A DNA stretch of 64,000 nt from Solirubrobacteraceae bacterium (lineage in GTDB: Bacteria > Actinomycetota > Thermoleophilia > Solirubrobacterales > Solirubrobacteraceae). Of this stretch, positions 19,001 through 27,965 are shown in pieces; within the stretch, counting starts at the first letter, position 1, and the number at the start of each line of letters is the position of its first letter. Under the pieces are notes generated by a model. The model was not told where the DNA came from, did no database searches, and worked only from the letters and a program-made list of their open reading frames with translations. The translations under genes and the position numbers were made by a program. The stretch spans positions 5,019 through 69,018 of the forward strand of contig DASZJF010000037.1 of the NCBI GenBank assembly GCA_035948355.1, written 5' to 3'.

Positions 19001-19656
19001 TGTTCGTGTCCGCGCACCCGCTCAAGCCGCTGCGCGAGATCATGCGCGCGCGCACCGACTGCCCGCTGGCGGCGCTGGCCGACCGTCGCGACAAGGACTG
19101 GGTGACGGTCGGCGGGATCATCGTCGAGGCCAAGCGCATTCGCACCCGCTCCGGCGACCCGATGATGTTCGCCACGCTCGACGATCTCGGCGGCGCCGTG
19201 GAGATGCTCGTGTTCGGCAAGGCGCTGTCCGAGCACGAGGCCGCGCTCGCGGTCGATCGGGTCGTGCTCGTGCGCGGGCGGGTCGATCACAAGGAAGCCG
19301 GCAAGACCTGCCTCATCGCCCAGACCGTCGAGGTGTTCGCCCCCTCAGAGCAGGAGATCGCCGACGCCCGTAAGCAGGCCGACACGGACGCCCGCACGGC
19401 GGTCGCCCTGGCCAAGCCGATGTCGGTGCGCGTGGACCTCGCGGGCGTCTCCCCGAGCGCGATCGAAGAGGTCAAGCAGCTCGCCGCCGACTACCCCGGA
19501 CCGGCCGAGATGTGGATCGAGATCGCCACTGCAGCGGGCATGCGGCGGCTGCGCCTGGGTGAGGCGTACCGAGTGCAGAACACGCCGACCGTGCGGGCGG
19601 AGCTGGAGAGCATTTTCACCTCCACGCTCGCGGTCGCCGAGGCGCTCGCCGGCTGA
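16009..19656 (+). CDS. dnaE: DNA polymerase III alpha subunit
   Basis: PHP domain HLHVHSEYSLLDG, GRGSAAGS, MPDIDIDF, KMDFLGLRNL, FNKSHA, OB fold. Confidence 0.98.
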   Translation: MSVPTCAHLHVHSEYSLLDGACKIEALAARAAEFGQPALGLTDHGVMNGAVELHKACAKHGVKPIVGCEIYLVDDHAAAAAGPGSPKVQRNHLTLLASSDAGYRNLVKLSSAGFLEGLNRGKPTVDLGQVEQHSDGVIALTGCLASRFCRLLLEDRPDDARAHADDLRRIFGPDNVYFEVQKNGLVPQEKCNEGIVRIARELGGGLVGTGDVHYLRREDYDHHTALLCVQTKSTLAAPKLTFDTNEFFLRDNSEMADAFAQWPEAIANTLEIAERCSVELELGKQLIPSYSTPDGSSESDYLRARVLDGLTLRYGDPPPAAAIERMEMELGVIDRMGFNAYFLIVWDFVRYAKENGIAVGPGRGSAAGSIVAYCLAITDVDPLRYDLLFERFLNPERVSMPDIDIDFSVRGRERVMKYVTDKYGRESVAQIVTFGKMFPRAATRDAARVLGLDYGTGDRLAKLIPDPIMGRSPSFEDCLKPGQPLRKACDEEPVAKQIIDVAQGLEGIVRNSSIHAAAVVIADRPLTDIVPLQLADAGADENGEKAYRTVTQFSMKPIEDIGLLKMDFLGLRNLDVIEDALDIIERSTGQRPEMTTLPLDDARTYEMLARGDSTGVFQFESEGMREALRKVRPDEFNDLVALNALYRPGAMDQIPVYAKGKHNPQAISYPDERLRPILESSNGVILYQEQAMQISKELAGFSGAKADDLRKAIGKKNRAAMAALKPEFVEGCRASGTKPETIEFLWQTNEKSADYSFNKSHAACYGLIAYRTAWLKANHPAEYMAALISSVMSTKDKVPFFVARCEEMGIEILPPDVNLSDHRFTVGAPSAKGGAGDIRFGLDAVKGVGYQAVEAIKRAREEGGEFSSLWDFCERVDSRTVNKKAIEALVKCGALGSTGASRKGMLSVLEQAQAAGQKAQQDAQIGQGSIFDLAPEPGAPSAEGDAGEPGGSAIAGADRSELAQRAGAAFLRPAHPSIPAEEFDQAELLAVEKEAIGLFVSAHPLKPLREIMRARTDCPLAALADRRDKDWVTVGGIIVEAKRIRTRSGDPMMFATLDDLGGAVEMLVFGKALSEHEAALAVDRVVLVRGRVDHKEAGKTCLIAQTVEVFAPSEQEIADARKQADTDARTAVALAKPMSVRVDLAGVSPSAIEEVKQLAADYPGPAEMWIEIATAAGMRRLRLGEAYRVQNTPTVRAELESIFTSTLAVAEALAG

Positions 19657-19738
19657 TACGCGTACGAGCCCCGCGCGCACGCCTGATCCGAGCGCGTGCC
19701 TGAATACGGGCGCCTGAATGCTTCCCCGGGCGCTTGGC

Positions 19739-20605
19739 CTACTTCCCTTTGCGGGCTCGCTGCCCCTGCTCGTGCAGCTTCATCGCCAGCGCGATTTCCT
19801 CGCGCGCGGGGCCTTCGCGGTTCTCACCCGGCGTCTCCAGCACGCACGGCAGTTTCTGCAGTCCCGGCGCGGACAGGAACGCCACGCAGCCCTCCTCGCC
19901 GAGCTCGCCCGTGCCGACGTTGGCGTGACGGTCGCGACCCGAGCCCAGCGGCGTCTGCGAGTCGTTCAGGTGCAGCGAGCGCACGCGTCCCCGTCCCAGC
20001 GCGCGCGTGCATTCGCGCTGCACCGAGCTCATGCCGGCGGCCGTGCGGATGTCATACCCGGAGGCGAGCAGATGGCAGGAGTCCAGGCACACCCCGACGC
20101 GCTCGCTCCCGCCGGCCGCGTCCAGCAGTCCGGCCAGCTCCTCGAACGAGCGCCCGAGCGTGCCGCCCGCGCCGGCCGTGTTCTCCAGGTGCAGCTCACA
20201 GCCCTCGCTGTCGGCGAGCGCCTGTGCGATCGTCTGCCCGGCGCGCGCGATCGCCGCGTCCACATCGCCGGTCTTGGCCGAGCCGGGATGCAGCACGACG
20301 CCGGCAGCGCCGATCGCCTCGCCTACGCGCAGCGAATGGGTCAGCGAAGCCAACGATTTGGCGCGGATGTCAGGGTCGTCGCTGGCGCAATTGAGCAGAT
20401 ACACCGCGTGGATCAGCACCGCGCCGATCGGGCTGGCGTCCATCGCCTCGCGGAACGCCGCGTAATCCTCCTCGGTGTAGGCGGTCGGGCGCCACATGCG
20501 CGGCGACTGGTTGAAGATCTGGATCGCCTCACAGCCGCGCTGCACTCCGCGCTCGATCGCTTTCGGCAGCCCGCCCGCGGGCGAGACGTGCGCTCCGATT
20601 AGCAT
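19739..20605 (-). CDS. nfo: Endonuclease IV (deoxyribonuclease IV)
   Basis: MLIGAHVS, IHAVYLLN, VLHPGS, LENTAG, CLDSCH, LHLNDS, DRHAN, LETP. ATG 20605. Confidence 0.95.
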   Translation of the reverse strand: MLIGAHVSPAGGLPKAIERGVQRGCEAIQIFNQSPRMWRPTAYTEEDYAAFREAMDASPIGAVLIHAVYLLNCASDDPDIRAKSLASLTHSLRVGEAIGAAGVVLHPGSAKTGDVDAAIARAGQTIAQALADSEGCELHLENTAGAGGTLGRSFEELAGLLDAAGGSERVGVCLDSCHLLASGYDIRTAAGMSSVQRECTRALGRGRVRSLHLNDSQTPLGSGRDRHANVGTGELGEEGCVAFLSAPGLQKLPCVLETPGENREGPAREEIALAMKLHEQGQRARKGK

Positions 20606-20617
20606 GCGGGCGATCTT

Positions 20618-22045
20618 ATGGTCTCCGGCTCTCCACAGCCCGCCCAAGACGCACCCTCGACGGGCGCGATGCGCCTCAGGTTCGCGCCCTCGCCCACCGG
20701 TGCGCTGCACATCGGCGGCGCTCGCACCGCCCTGTTCAACTGGCTGCTGGCGCGCCACCACGACGGGGAGCTGGTGTTGCGCATCGAGGACACCGACCGC
20801 GAGCGCTCGACTACCGAGAACGTCGAGCAGATCCTCGATGCGCTGCGCTGGCTCGGACTCGACTGGGACGAGGGGCCGATCCTGCAGACCGAGCGCTCCG
20901 AGCGCCACGCGCAGGCCTTGCGGGCGCTGCTCGACGGGGGGCACGCCTACCGCTCCAGCGCGACCGCCGAGGACGTCAAGGCCTACAAGCTCGCCCACGG
21001 CGCCGAGCGCGGCTTTCGCGGCGAGCCCGAGCCCGACGGGGCGATCCGGCTGCGGGTGCCCGACGGGGGCGCGACCGTCGTCCATGACGCCATCCGCGGC
21101 GACACGCGCTTCGAGCACGTCCATCTCGACGACCCCGTGATCGCGCGAGCCGACGGCTCGGCGCTCTACAACTTCGCGGTCGCGATCGACGATCTCGACG
21201 CCCGCATCACCCACGTCGTCCGCGGCGAGGACCACCTGTCGAACACCCCCAAGCAGCTGCTGGTGCTGGAAGCCGCGCGGGCAGTCGGGTTCGGCCCCCG
21301 GACGCCCCCGCCCGTCTACGCGCACCTGCCGCTGCTGCACGGCCCGGACGGCAAGAAGCTGTCCAAGCGTCATGGCGCGGCCTCCGTTCAGGAGCTGCGC
21401 GACGCCGGCTACCTGCCCGAGGCCGTGCGCAACTACCTGGTGCTGCTCGGCTGGGGCGCCGGCGACGATCAGACCCTGCTCTCCACGGAGGAGCTGATCG
21501 GGCGCTTCGGACTCGATCGCGTCAGCCGCAACCCGGCGCGCTTCGACGAGACCAAGCTGCGCTGGCTGAACGGCGTCTGGATACGCAACCTGCCGGCGCA
21601 GGAGCTCTCGCGTCGCATCGAGACGTTCCTGCGGGCAAGCGGCCACGCGGACATCGCTGAGGATCGCAGGCTCGCTCGCGCCGTCGAGATCAGCCAAGAG
21701 AAGATCCATACGCTCGCGGATTTCATGACGCTCACCGGACCGCTGCTCGACGCTCCGGTGGACGATCCCAAGGCACGGGAGCGCTGGCTCGGCGCAGAGG
21801 GACGCGCCGCCCTGCGCGAGTCTCGCGCCGCGCTGGCCGAGCTGGAGGGCTTCACCGAGACCGACGTCGGTCGGGCGCTCGAAGCGGTGCTCGCGCGTCG
21901 CGAGGTCAAGCCGCGCGAGGTGTATCAGCCGCTGCGTGTGGCGATCGCCGGCACGACCGTCTCGCCCGGCATCTTCGAGAGCGTCGCGCTGCTCGGGCGT
22001 GAGGAGACGCTGCGCAGGATCGACACCGCGCTGGAGATATCCTGA
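20618..22045 (+). CDS. gltX: Glutamate--tRNA ligase
   Basis: RFAPSPTGALHIGG, LRIEDTD, VVRGEDHLSNT, KKLSKR. Start 20618 or 20669. Confidence 0.97.
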   Translation: MVSGSPQPAQDAPSTGAMRLRFAPSPTGALHIGGARTALFNWLLARHHDGELVLRIEDTDRERSTTENVEQILDALRWLGLDWDEGPILQTERSERHAQALRALLDGGHAYRSSATAEDVKAYKLAHGAERGFRGEPEPDGAIRLRVPDGGATVVHDAIRGDTRFEHVHLDDPVIARADGSALYNFAVAIDDLDARITHVVRGEDHLSNTPKQLLVLEAARAVGFGPRTPPPVYAHLPLLHGPDGKKLSKRHGAASVQELRDAGYLPEAVRNYLVLLGWGAGDDQTLLSTEELIGRFGLDRVSRNPARFDETKLRWLNGVWIRNLPAQELSRRIETFLRASGHADIAEDRRLARAVEISQEKIHTLADFMTLTGPLLDAPVDDPKARERWLGAEGRAALRESRAALAELEGFTETDVGRALEAVLARREVKPREVYQPLRVAIAGTTVSPGIFESVALLGREETLRRIDTALEIS

Positions 22046-22091
22046 AACTGCTCTCAACCATTCGTCCACGCATGCCGATAGGACATCGACG

Positions 22092-23258
22092 ATGTCAGCG
22101 ACGGCCACAAAGACCAAGAGCGGCGCCCGCAAGACGGCGTCTGCCGCCGCGAGTCGTGAGCGCGGGGCCCTCAAAGCGGTCGCTCCGGCGGCCAGCGGGT
22201 CCGGTGACACATCCGCTCCCGCCCCCCGCCCGACCCCTCGCCAGGGCGAGGGCCACGGCCGGCGCCTGACGAGCGCGTTCGAGGCGCTGGAGGCGTTCCC
22301 CGCCCTCGCGGAGTCGCGCAACCGTCTGCTCGCGGTCGTCGAGAAGGACAACGTCGCCACGGCCGACATCGTCACCGCGGTGGAGTCCGACGTCGCACTG
22401 AGCATCGCCGTGTTGCGTGTCGCCAACCAGGTGCAGGGCAGGCGCGGGCGCGTGGAGACGATCGTCGCGGCCGTCGAAGTGCTCAACGAGCAGACCGTGC
22501 AGGCGCTCGCCGCCCGCGTGCGGACATTCGACTTCTTCGAGCGCTCCAGCGTGTGGGACGCCGCGCCCGAGCGCTTCCGGCTGCACGCTCTCTCCACCCA
22601 GCACGCGGCCGACCGGCTCGCGGCCGAGGTGGGATATGAGCACCGCGACCGCCTGAGTGTCACGAGCCTGCTGCACGACGTCGGCAAGCTGGTGCTGCTG
22701 CACGCCTATCCGGGCTATCCCGCACAGGTCCACCGTGGCGCCAAGACGCCCGAGGAGCGCATCCACCAGGAGCGTCGCGAGCTGGGCGTGGACCACGCGC
22801 TCGTCGGCGGCGTGCTGATTCGCCGCTGGGGACTGCCCAGCGCCGTCGCCACCGCGATCGAGCGTCACCACAACCCCGACGTCGAGGGTGAGGTCGCGTT
22901 CGTACGCCTGGCGGACATGCTCGCCCACTACGAGCAGGGCTCGGTCGTCTCGCCCGGGGAGATGCTGCAGACCGCCCGCGTACTCGGCCTCGGGGCCGAC
23001 CAGCTGCGGCGCGTGATGTATGAGCTTCCCAGCACGACCGGCGAGCGCCAGCGCCACGTCGACCCCTCGCCGCTGTCCGGGCGCGAGCTCGGGGTGCTGC
23101 AACGCCTCGCCGAAGGCAAGGTCTACAAGCAGATCGCGCACGAGCTGACGCTCTCCACGAGCACGGTGCGCACGCACCTGCATAACATCTACGGCAAGCT
23201 CGGCGCGGTCGATCGCGCGCAGGCCGTCCTCATCGCCACCGAGCGCGGTTGGTTGTAG
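22092..23258 (+). CDS. HDOD-domain protein fused to a C-terminal LuxR HTH (transcriptional regulator)
   Basis: HDOD: DVALSIAVLRVAN, LLHDVGKL, DHALVGGVL...WGLP...IERHH. LuxR: LSGRELGVLQRLAEGKVYKQIAHELTLSTSTVRTHLHNIYGKLG. Confidence 0.88.
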   Translation: MSATATKTKSGARKTASAAASRERGALKAVAPAASGSGDTSAPAPRPTPRQGEGHGRRLTSAFEALEAFPALAESRNRLLAVVEKDNVATADIVTAVESDVALSIAVLRVANQVQGRRGRVETIVAAVEVLNEQTVQALAARVRTFDFFERSSVWDAAPERFRLHALSTQHAADRLAAEVGYEHRDRLSVTSLLHDVGKLVLLHAYPGYPAQVHRGAKTPEERIHQERRELGVDHALVGGVLIRRWGLPSAVATAIERHHNPDVEGEVAFVRLADMLAHYEQGSVVSPGEMLQTARVLGLGADQLRRVMYELPSTTGERQRHVDPSPLSGRELGVLQRLAEGKVYKQIAHELTLSTSTVRTHLHNIYGKLGAVDRAQAVLIATERGWL

Positions 23259-23280
23259 TTCCCTAGCATCGCCCTACGCG

Positions 23281-23673
23281 ATGCTCTCGATCACTAGCAA
23301 GTCCCCGTATGCCGTGCTCGCGCTCGCCGAGCTGGGGCGCAGTGCGGGCTCTGACCCGGTGCCGATCGGGGAGCTCGCGCGCCGGCGCGAGGTGCCGGTG
23401 CAGTTCCTGGAGCAGCTGTTCGCCGTGCTCAGGCGCGCCGGGGTCATCAGCTCCCAGCGGGGCGTCAAGGGCGGCTACCGCTTTGCCCGCGAGCCGTCGA
23501 GCGTGACGGTGTTGGAGATAGTCGAGCTGCTCGACGGGCCCCTCGGCCGCGATGCCGTGGGCGTGTTCGCCGACGCGGCTCAGGCCGCGCGCACCGTGCT
23601 GGCGCAGACCACGATCGCTGACGTGATCGAGCGCGAGTCGCGCGAGGCCGGCGCGAGCATGTACTACATCTGA
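23281..23673 (+). CDS. Rrf2 family transcriptional regulator (CymR-like, no Cys cluster ligands)
   Basis: SKSPYAVLALAEL, FLEQLFAVLRRAG, SQRGVKGGYRF; directly upstream of cysK-cysE. Confidence 0.92.
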   Translation: MLSITSKSPYAVLALAELGRSAGSDPVPIGELARRREVPVQFLEQLFAVLRRAGVISSQRGVKGGYRFAREPSSVTVLEIVELLDGPLGRDAVGVFADAAQAARTVLAQTTIADVIERESREAGASMYYI

Positions 23674-23732
23674 GCCGGCCCGCGCCCGCGGGCGCGCTCT
23701 CGGCGAGCCCGCCCACTATTGTCGTCCGCGAT

Positions 23733-24671
23733 ATGTCCCGAATTCCGATCAACATTGCGGAGCTGGTGGGGGACACGCCGCTGATCGCGTTGCCTCAGCT
23801 GCTCGAGGGACCGGCCGCAGACCGCGGCGTGGAGCTGTTCGCCAAGCTCGAGTCGCAGAACCCCGGCGGGTCGGTCAAGGACAGGATCGGCGTGGCGATG
23901 ATCGAGGCCGCCGAGCGTGAAGGCAGGATCGAGCCGGGCCGCACGACGATCGTGGAGGCGACCTCCGGCAACACCGGCATCGCGCTCGCGTTCGTGTGCG
24001 CCGCCAAGGGCTATGAGCTCGTGCTCACGCTCCCGCAGGGGATGAGCCGCGAGCGCGAGAGCCTGCTGGCGCTCTACGGCGCGCGTGTGAACATCACCGA
24101 GTCGCTCGGTGGAATGGGCGAGGCGGTGGCGGCCGCGCGCGCGATGGCCGGCGAACCCGACGTGTTCCTGCCCGACCAGTTCTCCAACCCCGCCAACCCG
24201 GAGGTTCACCGCCGTACGACGGGTCCCGAGATCGAGCGCGCGCTGGACGGTCACGTCGACGTGCTCGTGGCGGGAGTCGGCACGGGGGGCACGATCACCG
24301 GCGCCGGGGGCTACCTGCGCGAACGCAACCCCGACCTGCACATCGTCGCGGTGGAGCCCAGCGGCTCGGCCGTGCTGTCCGGCGGCGTGCCCGGCCCGCA
24401 CCGCATCCAGGGCATCGGCGCCGGGTTCGTACCCGCTGTGCTCGACCGCGAGTTGCTCGATGAGGTGATCCCCGTCTCCGACGACGACGCGATCCACACC
24501 GCCTGGGACTGCGCACGACGCGCGGGCGTGCTGGCCGGGATCTCCTGCGGCGCCGCACTGTGGGGCGCGCTGCAGGTCGCCGCGCGCCCGGAGCTCGCGG
24601 GCAAGCGGATAGTCACGATCATGCCCGACTCGGGCGAGCGCTACGTCTCACAGGCATTTTTTGCTCCCTGA
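23733..24671 (+). CDS. cysK: Cysteine synthase A
   Basis: NPGGSVKDRI, EATSGNTG, GVGTGGT, HRIQGIGAG. Confidence 0.96.
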   Translation: MSRIPINIAELVGDTPLIALPQLLEGPAADRGVELFAKLESQNPGGSVKDRIGVAMIEAAEREGRIEPGRTTIVEATSGNTGIALAFVCAAKGYELVLTLPQGMSRERESLLALYGARVNITESLGGMGEAVAAARAMAGEPDVFLPDQFSNPANPEVHRRTTGPEIERALDGHVDVLVAGVGTGGTITGAGGYLRERNPDLHIVAVEPSGSAVLSGGVPGPHRIQGIGAGFVPAVLDRELLDEVIPVSDDDAIHTAWDCARRAGVLAGISCGAALWGALQVAARPELAGKRIVTIMPDSGERYVSQAFFAP

Positions 24672-24701
24672 GAAGCCGTCGAGCGGCGCTACGCTGTCTG
24701 C

Positions 24702-25445
24702 ATGCCCGGCCTCAGCGTGCTCGCACAGGTCGCGAAAGAGCTGCGTCGCGACATGGACGCCGCCCGCGACCGCGATCCCGCGGCTCGCGGCGTGGGCCAG
24801 GTGGAGATACTCACGACCTGGCCCGGCATCCACGCGCTGCTGGCCCACCGCACCGCACACGCGCTGCACGAGGCGGGCGTGACGCTGCTGCCGCGGGCGA
24901 TCTCGATGTGCTCGCGCGCGCTGACCGGGATCGAGATCCACCCCGCCGCGCAGATCGGCGAGGGCCTGTTCATCGACCACGGCGCCGGTGTCGTGATCGG
25001 CGAGACCGCCGTCATCGGCAACGACGTGACCCTGTATCAGGGCGTGACGCTTGGGGGCACCGGGTTTGCCACGGGTAAGCGCCATCCGACCGTGCAGGAC
25101 AACGTCACGATCGGCTCGGGTGCGAAGCTGCTGGGGCCGATCATCATTGGCCACGGCGCGAAGATCGGCGCCAACAGCGTGGTCATCACCGACGTCCCCC
25201 CGAACTCGACTGTCGTTGGCAACCCGGGCCATCCGGTGCGTGTGGACGGCCGCCGCGTCGAGGGTCCGGACGCCGATTGGATTCACCTGCCCGACCCGAT
25301 CGCCGAGGCGATTCAGGCGCTGGCGAGTCGCATCGGCGCGCTGGAGCGCGCCGTCGGCGAGCTTTCAGGTGAGGAGCCAGACGCTCCGGTAGCGGAGGTC
25401 ACGCCGCTACGTTCTGTGCGCGGCCCCAACCCGGCCGGGGGGTAG
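24702..25445 (+). CDS. cysE: Serine O-acetyltransferase
   Basis: RDPAAR, TGIEIHPAA, FIDHGAGVVIGET, GKRHPT hexapeptide repeats. Confidence 0.96.
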   Translation: MPGLSVLAQVAKELRRDMDAARDRDPAARGVGQVEILTTWPGIHALLAHRTAHALHEAGVTLLPRAISMCSRALTGIEIHPAAQIGEGLFIDHGAGVVIGETAVIGNDVTLYQGVTLGGTGFATGKRHPTVQDNVTIGSGAKLLGPIIIGHGAKIGANSVVITDVPPNSTVVGNPGHPVRVDGRRVEGPDADWIHLPDPIAEAIQALASRIGALERAVGELSGEEPDAPVAEVTPLRSVRGPNPAGG

Positions 25446-25498
25446 GCGCAGGCGGCTGCGAGTGGCGCCGGCCGCGCGCGCATCTATCCTGAGGCTGG

Positions 25499-27868
25499 AT
25501 GTCTGACGAAGCCCAAGCTGAGGTGATCTTGGACGACGACCTCGACGCGCCACGTCCCCCGGGTCAGCAGACGCCCGAGGAGGAAGACCGGATCGAGCGC
25601 CTGCTGGAGGGACTGAACGAGCCCCAGCGCGAGGCGGTCACGCACGGGGAGGGTCCGCTGCTGATCCTGGCGGGGGCCGGCAGCGGCAAGACGCGCGTGC
25701 TGACGCACCGGATCGCGTTCCTGATCTACACCGAGCAGGCGCACCCGAACGAGATCCTGGCGATCACGTTCACGAACAAGGCCGCGCAGGAGATGCGCGG
25801 GCGCGTCGAGCGGCTGCTGGGGCGTAATACGCGCGGGATGTGGCTGATGACCTTCCACGCCGCCTGCGCGCGCATCCTGCGCTCGGAGGCCGAGCGCCTG
25901 GGATACACGCGCCAGTTCACGATCTACGACCAGGCCGACGCGCGGCGGTTGACGCGCCGCTGCATCGACGAGCTGGGGATCGACCCCAAGCGCTTCACGC
26001 CCGCGGCGATCCACAGCCAGATCTCGGCCGCCAAGAACCGCTTGCGCGCCGCCGAGGACTACCGCCAGGCGGTGGGCTCGCCGTTCGAGGAGATGGTCGC
26101 CGACGCCTACGAACTGTACGAGCGCGACCTGCTGCGCATGAACGCGATGGACTTTGACGACCTGCTGTTCCGCGCCGTGAACGTGCTGGAGCTGTACGAG
26201 GAGGTGCGCACGCGTTATGCGCGCGCGTTCAGGCACGTGCTCGTGGATGAGTACCAGGACACGAACTACGCGCAGTACCGGCTGTTGCAGCTGCTAGTCG
26301 GTGGAGGTAAAGCCCCGAAGCGCGGCGAGCGCGTGCAGTTGGAGGGTCATCGCAATCTGGCTGTGGTCGGCGATGACTCGCAGTCGATCTATGGCTTTCG
26401 CGGCGCGGACGTGCGCAACATCCTCGACTTCCAGGACGATTTCCCCGACGCGCGCGTGGTCAAGCTCGAGCAGAACTACCGCTCCACCCAGCGCATCCTG
26501 TCGGCCGCGAACGCGGTCATCGCGAACAACCGCGGAGGCATCGCGAAGCGCCTGTGGAGCGAGCGCGGCGACGGTGAGCCGATCCACGTGCGCGAGCTGG
26601 AGGACGAGCACGGCGAGGCGCGGTTCGTCGTGGGGGAGGTCGAGCGGCTCGTGGACGAGGGCGCCGCGCGCGCGGAGATCGCGGTGCTGTACCGCACGAA
26701 CGCGATGTCGCGGGTGATCGAGGACACGCTCGTGCGCCGCGAGATCGCCTACCAGGTGATCGGCGGCACGAAGTTCTACGAGCGCGCCGAGATCAAGGAC
26801 GCGATCTCCTACCTGTCGTGGCTGGCCAACCCATATGACGTGGTCGCCTTCACGCGCATCGTCAACTCCCCCCGGCGCGGGCTGGGGCGCACGTCGCTGT
26901 CGCGCATCGTGGCGCACTCCGCCACGATCGGCGTGTCGGTGTGGGAGGCTGCCGCCGCGGCGGAACAGATCCCCGGGCTGGGTGCGGCTGCGGTGAAGTC
27001 ACTGAAGCGGTTCATGTCCACGATGGCCGAACTGGCGGAGCTCGCCCAGCAGGGCATCCCCGTCGGGGACCTGCTCGACGCGGTGCTCTCACGCAGCGGC
27101 TATCTCGAAGCCCTGGAAGCGGAGGCGCTGGGAGGCGCGGAGAAGACGATCGAAGCGCAGGGACGCCTGGAAAACCTCGACCAGCTCGTGGAGGTCGCGC
27201 GCGAGTTCGATGCCGCCGCCACCGAGGAGGAGGACACGCTCGACCTGTTCCTGCAGCAGCTCGCGCTCGTCGCCGACGCCGACTCCCGCAGCGAGGACGA
27301 CGGGCTCGTGACGCTGATGACGCTGCACAACGCCAAGGGGTTGGAGTACCCGATCGTGTTCATCGCCGGCTGCGAGGACGGCGTGTTTCCGCACTCACGC
27401 GCGCTCGATGAGGGCGGCCTGGAGGAGGAGCGGCGGCTGTTCTATGTGGGCGTCACCCGCGCCAAGCGCGAGCTGTATCTCGCCTATGCGCGACGGCGTT
27501 CTGTGTTTGGGCAGGCGACATACGGTCTGCGCAGCCGCTTCCTGGATGAGATTCCACCCGAGCTGACCGATCGCGAGGAGGACCGATCGGAGATCGGCCA
27601 GCAGCTGAGCAACGGTGCGCTGGCGGGCGACGGAGCCAGGGGTGGACGGACGATCGGCGGACGCTCTCCGGGAAGTTGGGCGGCCTCCCGCGCCCCGGAG
27701 ACGACCCCGACGAAGGCGTATCGCATGGGCGAGGATGTCGTGCACGCCGCGTTCGGCGAGGGCGTCGTCACCGGCGTGGAGCCGGGCGGCGTGATCGTCG
27801 TGCGATTTGCCGGCGATGGGTCCGAACGCAAGCTGATGGCCGAGTACGCACCCGTCTCGCACCGCTAG
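25499..27868 (+). CDS. pcrA: ATP-dependent DNA helicase PcrA/UvrD
   Basis: AGAGSGKT, VDEYQDTN, LEQNYRST, LYRTNA, TLHNAKGLEY, EEERRLFYV, C-terminal Tudor-like domain. Confidence 0.97.
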   Translation: MSDEAQAEVILDDDLDAPRPPGQQTPEEEDRIERLLEGLNEPQREAVTHGEGPLLILAGAGSGKTRVLTHRIAFLIYTEQAHPNEILAITFTNKAAQEMRGRVERLLGRNTRGMWLMTFHAACARILRSEAERLGYTRQFTIYDQADARRLTRRCIDELGIDPKRFTPAAIHSQISAAKNRLRAAEDYRQAVGSPFEEMVADAYELYERDLLRMNAMDFDDLLFRAVNVLELYEEVRTRYARAFRHVLVDEYQDTNYAQYRLLQLLVGGGKAPKRGERVQLEGHRNLAVVGDDSQSIYGFRGADVRNILDFQDDFPDARVVKLEQNYRSTQRILSAANAVIANNRGGIAKRLWSERGDGEPIHVRELEDEHGEARFVVGEVERLVDEGAARAEIAVLYRTNAMSRVIEDTLVRREIAYQVIGGTKFYERAEIKDAISYLSWLANPYDVVAFTRIVNSPRRGLGRTSLSRIVAHSATIGVSVWEAAAAAEQIPGLGAAAVKSLKRFMSTMAELAELAQQGIPVGDLLDAVLSRSGYLEALEAEALGGAEKTIEAQGRLENLDQLVEVAREFDAAATEEEDTLDLFLQQLALVADADSRSEDDGLVTLMTLHNAKGLEYPIVFIAGCEDGVFPHSRALDEGGLEEERRLFYVGVTRAKRELYLAYARRRSVFGQATYGLRSRFLDEIPPELTDREEDRSEIGQQLSNGALAGDGARGGRTIGGRSPGSWAASRAPETTPTKAYRMGEDVVHAAFGEGVVTGVEPGGVIVVRFAGDGSERKLMAEYAPVSHR

Positions 27869-27965
27869 CGGCATGGGGTGAAACGGGGTCCCATGGCGGC
27901 CCATCTCGGCGGTGCACGCGCCACCGGAACGGCATCCCGCCGTTGTGGATCGTACGATCAGCGCC

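Noticed and set aside
19681-19720. Three GCCTGA direct repeats between dnaE and nfo; similar CGCCTGACCGAC doublet at 49066-49092
   Set aside because: Short and irregularly spaced; consistent with chance or local duplication.
22700-22722. GYP tripeptide in the HDOD protein suggesting an HD-GYP phosphodiesterase
   Set aside because: GYP lies before, not after, the HH motif, and the overall pattern is HDOD.
27869-27965. ZTP or THF riboswitch upstream of folD
   Set aside because: Small hairpins exist but the conserved riboswitch motifs are absent, and a -10 box 7 nt before the ATG implies a leaderless transcript.
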